From: Candidatus Omnitrophota bacterium
GTDB lineage: Bacteria; Omnitrophota; Gorgyraeia; B26-G9
Assembly (NCBI GenBank): GCA_043805415.1
Contig: JAZDHZ010000043.1
Location: 5,844 to 69,843 of the forward strand
Direction of reading: 5' to 3'
DNA: 64,000 nucleotides
The notes beneath the pieces are model-generated. The model did no database searches. It was not told the DNA's origin and saw only the letters and a program-made list of their open reading frames with translations. The translations under genes were made by a program, and so were the position numbers. Of this stretch, positions 56,272-64,000 are shown in pieces. Position 1 is the first letter of the stretch, and every line of letters starts with the position of its first letter.

Positions 56272-57546
56272 ATGAAAATAAACGCCCTTAAGGGAGTTCA
56301 AGACATACTTCCCGAACAAATTTCTCAATGGAATTATCTGCATGATCTTGCCCAAGAAATTTTTTCCTGCTATGGATATAAGCAAATAATTATTCCGATT
56401 ATTGAAGAAAGCGCGCTTTTTACCAGAAGTATCGGGCAGCAAACCGATATTGTGGAAAAAGAAATGTATTCTTTTGTTGATCGGGGAATGCGGAATATTT
56501 CCTTGCGCCCGGAAGCCACTGCCTCAGTTGTCAGAGCTTATCTCGAACATGCTCTGGATAAAGAAGGTTATTCAAAACTTTTCTACAGCGGCCCGATGTT
56601 CCGAGGAGAAAAGCCGCAAGCCGGAAGAAACCGCCAATTTTATCAAATCGGAATAGAAGCTTTGGGCTCTTATAATCCCTTGCTTGACGCTGAGGTTATA
56701 AAACTTGCCGTGGATTATTTAAAAGCAATTGGGCTTAAGGATTTTAAGCTGTTGATTAATTCTGTGGGTACAACTAAAGATAAGCATGATTTCGGCAGCG
56801 CGCTTAAAATTTTTCTCCAGGATAAACAGGACAGTTTATGCGACAGCTGCAAAGCGCGCTATGAGCGGAATGTTTTAAGAATTCTTGACTGTAAAAGCCG
56901 CAACTGCAAAAAAGTTCTCCAAGACGCTCCGATTATTTTAGATAATTTGTCCGAAGAATCTAAACATGATTTCGCCCGGTTAAAATCCGGATTAGACGAA
57001 TTAAACGTTGAATATCAAGTTATGCCTTATCTTGTCCGCGGCCTGGATTATTATACAAAAACTGTTTTTGAAATTACTCACGATAAACTCGGCGCGCAGA
57101 ATACGATTCTTGCTGGAGGAAGATATGATAATTTAATCAGTGATTTAGGGGGACAGCCAGCCGGCGCGGTCGGCTTTGCCTGCGGAGTAGAAAGACTAAT
57201 GCTTGCCGCAAACGCTGATTTAGTAAAATTCCCCGAAACCAATAAACCCGCGGTATTTGTGATCGGCCTAGGCAGTAAAGCCCATAGCAAAGCTTTCGCG
57301 ATTGCTGACCAATTAAGGCAGCAGAGGATTGTGACTTATATTGATTTTCAGGATCGGTCTTTAAAAGCCCAAATGCGCCAGGCAAATAAGCTTGATTGCG
57401 CATATGTTTTAATTCTCGGCGAAGATGAGTTAAAAAATAATAATATTCAGTTAAAAAATATGCGGCAAGGCACGCAGCAGCTGCTTTGCCTGGATTCTTT
57501 GGCAGAACATGTAAAAACCATTATTCTAAAACACTCAGCCACATAA
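56272..57546 (+). CDS. hisS: histidyl-tRNA synthetase
   Basis: Class II motifs (FRGEKPQAGRNRQFYQIG motif 2, GGRYDNL motif 3), C-terminal anticodon-binding domain; 424 aa. Confidence 0.85.
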   Translation: MKINALKGVQDILPEQISQWNYLHDLAQEIFSCYGYKQIIIPIIEESALFTRSIGQQTDIVEKEMYSFVDRGMRNISLRPEATASVVRAYLEHALDKEGYSKLFYSGPMFRGEKPQAGRNRQFYQIGIEALGSYNPLLDAEVIKLAVDYLKAIGLKDFKLLINSVGTTKDKHDFGSALKIFLQDKQDSLCDSCKARYERNVLRILDCKSRNCKKVLQDAPIILDNLSEESKHDFARLKSGLDELNVEYQVMPYLVRGLDYYTKTVFEITHDKLGAQNTILAGGRYDNLISDLGGQPAGAVGFACGVERLMLAANADLVKFPETNKPAVFVIGLGSKAHSKAFAIADQLRQQRIVTYIDFQDRSLKAQMRQANKLDCAYVLILGEDELKNNNIQLKNMRQGTQQLLCLDSLAEHVKTIILKHSAT

Positions 57547-57679
57547 TTTTATTGTGTTTGTAAGCTTAGGATTAAATTATTCTCTTGACAAGCATATGTG
57601 ATGTTTTATAATAGAGATATAGATGGAAAATAAAGTTTTTTTAAAAGTTTAAAAAGCTTTTAAACAATGGAGGTATAGT

Positions 57680-58057
57680 ATGGATGCTAGGAATTTTCAG
57701 GATGAAAAAAGGCAGTATAAAAGAGTTGCTTTGCCTGGTGTAAGCTGTAGTTTTAAATTGCTTGACCCTCGGACATGGTCTACTTACCTGGATAAAACTC
57801 TCAATGATGTTCAGGATATAAGCATTGGCGGACTGCGGTTTAGCACAAAAAATGAACTTAGCCTCAAAGCACCGGTTGGTGTTGATATAAAGATTAATCC
57901 CAGTCAGGAAGCAATCCGCACTTTTGGTAGAGTCGCCTGGATTAAAAAAGAAAATCCGGCAGATGCTGACTATTCAGTAGGAATAAGCTTTTCCTGGTGG
58001 AAAAATGACGAAGAAAAAAAATTAGTATACGATGCTATCTCAAAACAAATCTCCTAA
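57680..58057 (+). CDS. stand-alone PilZ domain protein
   Basis: RQYKRV (RxxxR) and DISIGGLRF (DxSxxG) c-di-GMP-binding motifs; 125 aa. Confidence 0.65.
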   Translation: MDARNFQDEKRQYKRVALPGVSCSFKLLDPRTWSTYLDKTLNDVQDISIGGLRFSTKNELSLKAPVGVDIKINPSQEAIRTFGRVAWIKKENPADADYSVGISFSWWKNDEEKKLVYDAISKQIS

Positions 58058-58081
58058 TAAAATCAAGAGGCCTGACTTAAA

Positions 58082-59581
58082 ATGAAAAATCCCTACCAAG
58101 AAGAATTATTTGCTAAGCTGGTTGATCATCCTTCATGGCGGCATGAGTCAAAGTCATTGAGTCTTATAATTGGCCCAGCAATTTGGTTAATTATCCCTTC
58201 AGGGATTGAAGAACCGATTAAATCGCAAAAAAACCAATTTGTAAATATTGAACAGGAAAATGAATTTCGGCCAATTATTTTGTCTTTACTCAGCGAAGCA
58301 AAAAAAACTAATCATATCCAAAAAGTTTCGATTAGCGATGGAAGTAATTTTTATTGCATTCCGATAAATCGCAAAGATGAGTCTTATGGATATGTATTGA
58401 TTTGTAATTTAGCGACAACTATTCCGGAAAAAATCTTCAGATTAATTAATTCATACACGTGCACAACAATTGAAAATGTGCAAAAAGAATTAGAAGTAGC
58501 CAAATTGTATGAAACAATCCGCCCAAAAACAATCGCTCTGTCTACAGTGCATACGGTAGGCAGAATTATTAGCTCCACGCTGGAACTAGAAGAGCTTTTG
58601 CCCAGAATTGCTCGTCTTAGTTTGCAGGTTTTACGCGCGCAGCGCTGCTGCATCATGCTTGTTGATAAATATAAACGTAATCTTGTCTCACATGCTGTTG
58701 TTGATGTGCAAAATAAAAATGTTAAGCAAAAGACGCTTAAAATCGGCGAGGGCATTCCGGGAAAAGTTGTGAAAAATGGAAATGCTATTGTCGGTCCGAA
58801 AATTTTATGCGTTCCGCTTATTGCTGAAGAGCATATAATCGGAACAATAACCATGTCGCAACGTTTGAATAATAAGCCATTTGGAATTTTTGATAAAGAA
58901 ATATTAACTACTCTTTCCGAGCAAGCGGTAATCGCGATTAAAAACGCGCAGTTATATGATGAACAGGAAAAATTAACGCTCAATAGCATTAAAGCTTTGG
59001 CTTCAATTTTAAGTTCAGGGGTCGCGGATAATTATGGCCGCTCTAATCTATTTATCAATGTGATTATGTCAATCGGCATGGAATTAAAATTAGGTTCTGA
59101 TCAAATGCGAATGCTTTACTACGCGGCAATACTGCACAATGTGAGTCAAATGGGTCTGCCGAAAAAAATTCTGAGAAAGTCAACAAAGCTTACTGGTAAG
59201 GATTATGAAATTATTAAAGAGCAGCATATTAAAGGTACTCAGCTGATAACGCCCATAGGCGGCAGACTAAAAGCTGTTCTGCCGATTATAATTCATCATC
59301 ATGAGCGTTATGATGGAAATGGCTATCCCAGCGGGCTAAGGGGAGAGGATATTCCTTTAGGCGCTCGGATTTTAGCAATTGCTGATTCATTTGAAGCCAT
59401 GATCTCAAAACGCCCCTATCGGAGAAAATTGTCGATTTCTCAGGCAGTTTCAGAAATAGTTAATTCCAGCGGTGAGCAATTTGACCCAGTAATTGTCGAC
59501 GCTTTTGTCCGGGTAATAAAGCGGTCAAAGAATAAAATTTTTAAAAATAAAGGAAAAGCCTGGATTTGGAAAAAAATGTAG
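58082..59581 (+). CDS. GAF domain + HD-GYP domain protein (HD dyad degenerate: HN)
   Basis: C-terminal HHHERYDGNGYPSGL HD-GYP signature; the position matching the canonical LHDIGK reads LHNVSQ; central GAF-like region. Confidence 0.7.
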   Translation: MKNPYQEELFAKLVDHPSWRHESKSLSLIIGPAIWLIIPSGIEEPIKSQKNQFVNIEQENEFRPIILSLLSEAKKTNHIQKVSISDGSNFYCIPINRKDESYGYVLICNLATTIPEKIFRLINSYTCTTIENVQKELEVAKLYETIRPKTIALSTVHTVGRIISSTLELEELLPRIARLSLQVLRAQRCCIMLVDKYKRNLVSHAVVDVQNKNVKQKTLKIGEGIPGKVVKNGNAIVGPKILCVPLIAEEHIIGTITMSQRLNNKPFGIFDKEILTTLSEQAVIAIKNAQLYDEQEKLTLNSIKALASILSSGVADNYGRSNLFINVIMSIGMELKLGSDQMRMLYYAAILHNVSQMGLPKKILRKSTKLTGKDYEIIKEQHIKGTQLITPIGGRLKAVLPIIIHHHERYDGNGYPSGLRGEDIPLGARILAIADSFEAMISKRPYRRKLSISQAVSEIVNSSGEQFDPVIVDAFVRVIKRSKNKIFKNKGKAWIWKKM

Positions 59582-59795
59582 GATTAGCGACTGAAAAAGC
59601 CTGCTGTTTTTCTGCTAATAATAGCTTATTATTCTGGATTGCGGCTTTAATTTTGATTTTATAAGTTATTTATTAATAAATAACTTATAAAATAAGTCGA
59701 TTATTATTTAAAAACATGTTGTTATTTGCTGATTTTTTGATATAATAATTTTAATAAAATATTTTTAAAGAATTGCTGATACAGGAGGTATCTCA

Positions 59796-60416
59796 ATGAC
59801 TTATAAGAACAGGGAGGTTCAGCCCGAGCTTTTTTGCAAAACCAAAAAAGAGCAAAAACAGAATTTACTTAATAAGAATATTTTCTGTTCCCATTATAAA
59901 TCAGCGATCTCAGTTTCTTTGGATACTTTGATCGTTATTATTATTGGGGTAATGATGGTTAATTTAACTGCTTTTGTTCTTGGCATTGAAAAAGGCAAGC
60001 TTATTGCCGCTAAAAACGAACAAACCAAAACAATAGTTTTGGAACCTGTAGGAAATGCGGCTGTACCTTCAAAACAGAAAAAAAAGCTAATTGTTCCGGC
60101 GGTAATTGAACCAGAAAAAAATATCGAAATAAATACTGAAATAAATACTATTGAAGAAAAACAGATAGTTAAAAATATTGAACATCCTGCTGATGGGTAT
60201 ATAATTCAGCTTGTGACTTATAGCAGTGATTCAAACGCGAATAGCGAAGTAGATCGTTTAAACGCTCAGGGTTTGCAAGGGCATGTTTTAAAATCCGGAG
60301 AATATTATATCGTGTATTCCGGAATGTATAATTCTAAAATAAAAGCAAATGAAAAAGTGACGAGTTTTAAACAACGCTATAAAGATTGCTTTGTGCGTTT
60401 GTTAAAAAAATCTTGA
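59796..60416 (+). CDS. SPOR-domain membrane protein
   Basis: TM helix then C-terminal YIIQLVTYSSDSNANSEVDRLNAQGL...GEYYIVYSGMY resembling the SPOR peptidoglycan-binding fold. Confidence 0.55.
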   Translation: MTYKNREVQPELFCKTKKEQKQNLLNKNIFCSHYKSAISVSLDTLIVIIIGVMMVNLTAFVLGIEKGKLIAAKNEQTKTIVLEPVGNAAVPSKQKKKLIVPAVIEPEKNIEINTEINTIEEKQIVKNIEHPADGYIIQLVTYSSDSNANSEVDRLNAQGLQGHVLKSGEYYIVYSGMYNSKIKANEKVTSFKQRYKDCFVRLLKKS

Positions 60417-60436
60417 TTTGAAAGGAGTATATACTA

Positions 60437-60685
60437 ATGTCGATTCACCCAAGTTTAAAGGCAACCAAAGGAAATAAACAAAGAAGTGTTTTAAAGCGTT
60501 ATGAACGCATTGAAAAGCTTAAGAGTGCCGGTAAATGGCAAGAAGAAAAATCTGCTTTTGGTTTGATCAAAGGTAAGGTTTTAAAAATTAAGATTAAGAA
60601 ACCTGTAAAAACTGCTGAAGCAAAAACCGCGGAAGCAGGTAAGGAAGCGGCAAAACCAGCAGCAGCAAAACCTAGTAAAAAATAG
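60437..60685 (+). CDS. small basic protein with Lys/Ala-rich tail (histone H1-like tail)
   Basis: 82 aa; strong RBS gaaaggag; C-terminal KTAEAKTAEAGKEAAKPAAAKPSKK. Confidence 0.3.
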   Translation: MSIHPSLKATKGNKQRSVLKRYERIEKLKSAGKWQEEKSAFGLIKGKVLKIKIKKPVKTAEAKTAEAGKEAAKPAAAKPSKK

Positions 60686-60699
60686 ATCATACCTTAAAA

Positions 60700-61722
60700 A
60701 TGAAAAAAACAATATTTAACATACTGTTAATCGGATGTGTTTTTATTTTTTCAAGCTTGGCCAATGATTCTGCTTTTTCGCGAGAAGCGGAAAATCAGGT
60801 ATTCACGGGAATTATTAATGATAACTCGGTTAATATCCGCAGCGGACCTGGGGTTAATTTTGAAATTTTAAGAAAAATGGATAAAGATGAACTTGTCCTT
60901 GTCCTGGGAAATGAACTTGACTGGTACAAGCTAAAACTTCCCCGAAACAGTAAAGCCTATATCCATAACCAATTCATCAAAATGGGCGACACTAATTATG
61001 GCTATATTAATACTGATAGGGTTAATGTCCGAGCAGGCAAAGGCACAAATTTTAATGTCATTGGCCAGCTGAACGCGAATGATTTAGTTGAAGTCATTGA
61101 TCAGGATAATGAATGGGCCCAGATTTTTACAGATATTAATTGTTTTGCCTGGGCACACAAGGATTTTGTCAATAATCATGGCCCAGCTTCGATTTATATT
61201 TCAAAAGAAAATGTTAACCAGGAAGCCTGGAAACTGCTGCAGCAGGCAAAGCAGTTTGAACAAGCATCTGGGATTACGGATACAGATGAAAAACAAGCTG
61301 CCTGTATCCAAAAATATAACGCGATTATCCGCGATTATCCGCAAACGATCGCGGCAAACAGCGCGAAAAAATGTATAACCCGATTAAGCAAAATAATCCC
61401 GGTAATCAAAAAACCTGAACCAGTGTCCGATGAACTTGTAAAAAACCAAGCTCAAATCCAAACTGAGAAAAAAAGACTTTTGGTAAAACCCGCGACGAAT
61501 CCGATTGCTCAGGGAAAAGTTGTTGAATCCGGCAGATTTTTTTACCGGCCGGGAACACATAAATTAATTGAGAATAATCAAACCGGCTATTTCCTTAAAA
61601 GCGACACTATTGATTTAAATAGCTATATATATCATAATGTTCAGATTTGGGGAAAAATAATCAGTTCTGATAAAACAAAGATTCCGACAATTGAAGTTGA
61701 ATACGTGAATCAACTTAACTAA
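60700..61722 (+). CDS. secreted protein with two bacterial SH3-like domains
   Basis: Signal peptide; VNIRSGPGVNFEIL...WYKLKL and VNVRAGKGTNFNVIGQL...WAQIF SH3b-like units. Confidence 0.55.
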   Translation: MKKTIFNILLIGCVFIFSSLANDSAFSREAENQVFTGIINDNSVNIRSGPGVNFEILRKMDKDELVLVLGNELDWYKLKLPRNSKAYIHNQFIKMGDTNYGYINTDRVNVRAGKGTNFNVIGQLNANDLVEVIDQDNEWAQIFTDINCFAWAHKDFVNNHGPASIYISKENVNQEAWKLLQQAKQFEQASGITDTDEKQAACIQKYNAIIRDYPQTIAANSAKKCITRLSKIIPVIKKPEPVSDELVKNQAQIQTEKKRLLVKPATNPIAQGKVVESGRFFYRPGTHKLIENNQTGYFLKSDTIDLNSYIYHNVQIWGKIISSDKTKIPTIEVEYVNQLN

Positions 61723-61725
61723 ATA

Positions 61726-62310
61726 ATGTCTGAAAGTGGATCAATTATAATCAGCTTTTTTCAAAATCTGCCGGCATTTTTAATTGCTTTAGTTGTTCAT
61801 GAATATGCCCATGGGTTTGTAGCGCATAAACTGGGTGATAATACTGCTAAGCAGATGGGCCGATTAACTTTAAATCCCCTGGCTCATGTGGACATGTTTG
61901 GAACAATTTTTTTACCTCTGTTTTTAATTATTTCCGGATCTCCTTTTGTATTTGGCTGGGCAAAACCAGTTCCGGTTAATTTCTATAATTTAACTAATCC
62001 GAAAAAAGATATGATTTGGGTGGGATTAGCCGGACCCGCGGCAAATTTTTTAACTGCCTTAATTGTGTTTTTAATTTTAGTAACCGGTATAGCTAAAAAC
62101 GTAATCCTCGCTGAATTTCTAGTTAAAGTTTTAATCATCAGTATATTTCTTGGCGGGTTTAATCTTATTCCGATTCCGCCTTTAGACGGTTCGCGGATTT
62201 TAATGGGATTGCTGCCGATGAAACTGGCCAGAGCCTATAGCCGGATTACCCCGGGAGCGGGCATGGTTTTACTAATTATACTGCTGTCATTATTGCGGAG
62301 ATATTTTTAA
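61726..62310 (+). CDS. site-2 protease family (M50-like) small membrane metalloprotease
   Basis: HEYAHGFVAH (HExxH) in first TM helix, LDGSRIL third-ligand motif; 194 aa. Confidence 0.7.
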   Translation: MSESGSIIISFFQNLPAFLIALVVHEYAHGFVAHKLGDNTAKQMGRLTLNPLAHVDMFGTIFLPLFLIISGSPFVFGWAKPVPVNFYNLTNPKKDMIWVGLAGPAANFLTALIVFLILVTGIAKNVILAEFLVKVLIISIFLGGFNLIPIPPLDGSRILMGLLPMKLARAYSRITPGAGMVLLIILLSLLRRYF

Positions 62311-63398
62311 TGAAAATAGTTAAGCTTGAACTTGAAGATCGATCTTATCCCATAGTTATTACTAAAGATGATTTTAAAAACCTGGCTTTAAGATTAAAAC
62401 AACTGGCTTTGGGTAATGAGGCGTTTATTATCAGCAATCCGATAATTTCAGGATTATATGCTAGCCAGCTTAAAGCTGCTCTTTTGGCTGTGGGCATAAG
62501 CTCTGTGGTATATAATATTAAAGATTCAGAGTCAAGCAAGTCAATTGGCCAATACATCAAAACTATCAGCAAAATATCTGCTATTGATACAAAAAAACGC
62601 TTATTCTGCATTGCTTTAGGCGGGGGAGTGGTAGGGGATTTGACGGGATTTGTGGCAGCAACCTATAAGCGGGGAATTGCTTATGTCCAGGTACCAACAA
62701 CGCTTTTAGCGCAAGTCGATTCAGCGATTGGCGGTAAGACCGCGATTGATTTAGCCTCAGGCAAAAACCTGGTCGGAGCTTTTTTTCAGCCAAAGTTAGT
62801 TTATTCTAATGTTTCCTTATTAAGCAGTTTGCCGGCGCGTCAGATCAGCAGCGGTTTGGCTGAGGTTGTTAAATACGGGGTAATTGTTGATAAAAATTTA
62901 TTTTCTTTTCTTGAGAAAAATTATCAGCAGATTCTTAAATTAGATAAAGATTGTCTGATCAGGATCATCAGCACTGCCAGCAAAATCAAAGCTCAAATTG
63001 TCGCGGCTGATGAAAAAGAAACTAAAGGTTTGCGGACAATTCTTAATTTCGGGCATACAATCGGTCATGCCATGGAAACCGCGACTGATTATTCTAATTT
63101 AAATCATGGCGAAGCAATCAGCATCGGTATGGTCGCGGCTTGTGAGATCGCGCGGGAAATCGGGATTTTAGAGCCAAAGGTTCAGCATCGCCTGGCTGAT
63201 CTTTTGTTGAAATTTAATTTACCGATAAAAGCTAAGAAAATTAATTTAAACAAAGTCTATCAGGCGTTTTATCGCGATAAGAAATTTATCAACGGAAAAA
63301 TTCGGATGGTGGTTCCCAGCCGGATCGGACATGTAATTGTAACAGAGGATATTCCCTTTAAAATTATTCAAAAAATCATTCAAAGGAGCGTAAGCTGA
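62310..63398 (+). CDS. aroB: 3-dehydroquinate synthase
   Basis: GGGVVGDLTGFVAATYKRGIAYVQVPTTLLAQVDSAIGGKTAID NAD/metal-binding signature; 362 aa. Confidence 0.85.
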   Translation: MKIVKLELEDRSYPIVITKDDFKNLALRLKQLALGNEAFIISNPIISGLYASQLKAALLAVGISSVVYNIKDSESSKSIGQYIKTISKISAIDTKKRLFCIALGGGVVGDLTGFVAATYKRGIAYVQVPTTLLAQVDSAIGGKTAIDLASGKNLVGAFFQPKLVYSNVSLLSSLPARQISSGLAEVVKYGVIVDKNLFSFLEKNYQQILKLDKDCLIRIISTASKIKAQIVAADEKETKGLRTILNFGHTIGHAMETATDYSNLNHGEAISIGMVAACEIAREIGILEPKVQHRLADLLLKFNLPIKAKKINLNKVYQAFYRDKKFINGKIRMVVPSRIGHVIVTEDIPFKIIQKIIQRSVS

Positions 63399-63400
63399 TT

Positions 63401-63880
63401 ATGGAAATTAAAATCCGCCAATTTAAAGAAGAAGACACTGCGCAAGTAATAAAACTGATTACTTCAATTCTTAAAACTGAATTTGATTTAGAAAAAGAAA
63501 CTTATGCTGATTTTGATCTAAAAAACATCAAAGAAGTTTACGGCGGAAAAAGAGATTTATTTTTAGTTGCTGTGATCGGACATACGATTATCGGCACTAT
63601 CGCGATTAAAGAAGATGATAATAATAGTGCTTTGTTAAGAAGGGTTTTTGTTGCTTCTGAGTTTCGCGGTGTTGGCTTAGGTAAAAAACTGGTTGTAAAA
63701 GCTATTGAATTTTGCGAAGAAAAAGATTATAGTGTTATAAATTTTTGTTCAACTGATAAGATGACAGCTGCTAATAATCTTTGCAAAAAAAGCGGTTTTA
63801 CCAGACGCGCGTGCATGACACTGGGCCCGGTTAAATTATTACGTTTTGCCCGCAGATTGCGTCATGTGGGACGTAATTAG
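63401..63880 (+). CDS. GNAT family N-acetyltransferase
   Basis: RRVFVASEFRGVGLGKKLV motif A (Q/RxxGxG/A). Confidence 0.75.
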   Translation: MEIKIRQFKEEDTAQVIKLITSILKTEFDLEKETYADFDLKNIKEVYGGKRDLFLVAVIGHTIIGTIAIKEDDNNSALLRRVFVASEFRGVGLGKKLVVKAIEFCEEKDYSVINFCSTDKMTAANNLCKKSGFTRRACMTLGPVKLLRFARRLRHVGRN

Positions 63881-63887
63881 CAATTCA

Positions 63888-64000
63888 ATGAAAAAAATCT
63901 CGGAAAAGCTGGTTTTTGAAGGCAATTGGCTGTTAGTAAAAGAAACCCTGCATATTAATAAACATGGTCAAGAAGTTATTTGGGAAACAGTCCAGCGCAA
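63888..64000 (+). CDS. partial CDS (5-prime end only), possibly NUDIX/ADP-ribose pyrophosphatase-like
   Basis: MKKISEKLVFEGNWLLVKETL... resembles NudF N-termini; truncated by window edge. Confidence 0.3.
   Translation, partial: MKKISEKLVFEGNWLLVKETLHINKHGQEVIWETVQR

Noticed and set aside
1-64000. CRISPR arrays, rRNA operons, transposases and integrases
   Set aside because: I saw no regularly spaced short direct repeats, no rRNA-like conserved stretches, and no ORF with integrase, transposase or recombinase motifs. The only mobile-element signal is the att-like tRNA fragments.

Overview
This 64-kb window comes from a low-GC bacterial chromosome read with the standard genetic code. Most genes are on the + strand; only a type IV pilus block (21.5-27.4 kb) and one hypothetical gene (13108-13587) are on the minus strand. 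From the sequence I can support:

- **Housekeeping genes:** aroQ, pepP-like M24 peptidase, efp, accB, accC, gmhA, the heptose-1-phosphate adenylyltransferase domain, a short-form thiC, guaA, dnaE, hup, hisS, aroB, and crcB/fluC.
- **RNA genes:** tRNA-Ala(CGC) and tRNA-Gly(CCC).
- **Type IV pilus locus with no secretin gene:** a major pilin, a PilM-PilN fusion, a PilO-like protein, two prepilin-type pseudopilins, a 668-aa PilX-like protein with an internal duplication, and two tandem PilT ATPases, one of which carries an unexplained C-terminal extension of about 185 aa.
- **Candidate pilin or surface glycosylation module** next to the pilus genes: a GT4 glycosyltransferase, a WecA/MraY-family initiating transferase, and a Wzy_C/O-antigen-ligase-like protein with TPR repeats.
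- **c-di-GMP layer:** a PilZ-PilT fusion ATPase, a stand-alone PilZ protein, and a GAF-HD-GYP protein whose HD dyad is degenerate (HN).

The regions I think most deserve a second look are:

1. A 1740-aa secreted protein built of about ten 140-aa helical repeats (6205-11427), sitting directly upstream of tRNA-Ala.
2. A decayed integration hotspot at tRNA-Ala with two degenerate copies of the tRNA 3-prime half (about 13.03 and 13.95 kb) bracketing small orphan genes.
3. An A9-tract frameshift in a cupin gene (14246-14687).
4. An 88-bp near-identical structured repeat flanking two small Zn-ribbon genes (35.2 and 36.7 kb), preceded by iteron-like GGTCA repeats.
5. A roughly 130-bp repeat family flanking the HIT-guaA pair and the dnaE upstream region.
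6. A Memo/AMMECR1 fusion with a hydrophobic N-terminus.

I found no CRISPR array, no rRNA, and no intact integrase or transposase.
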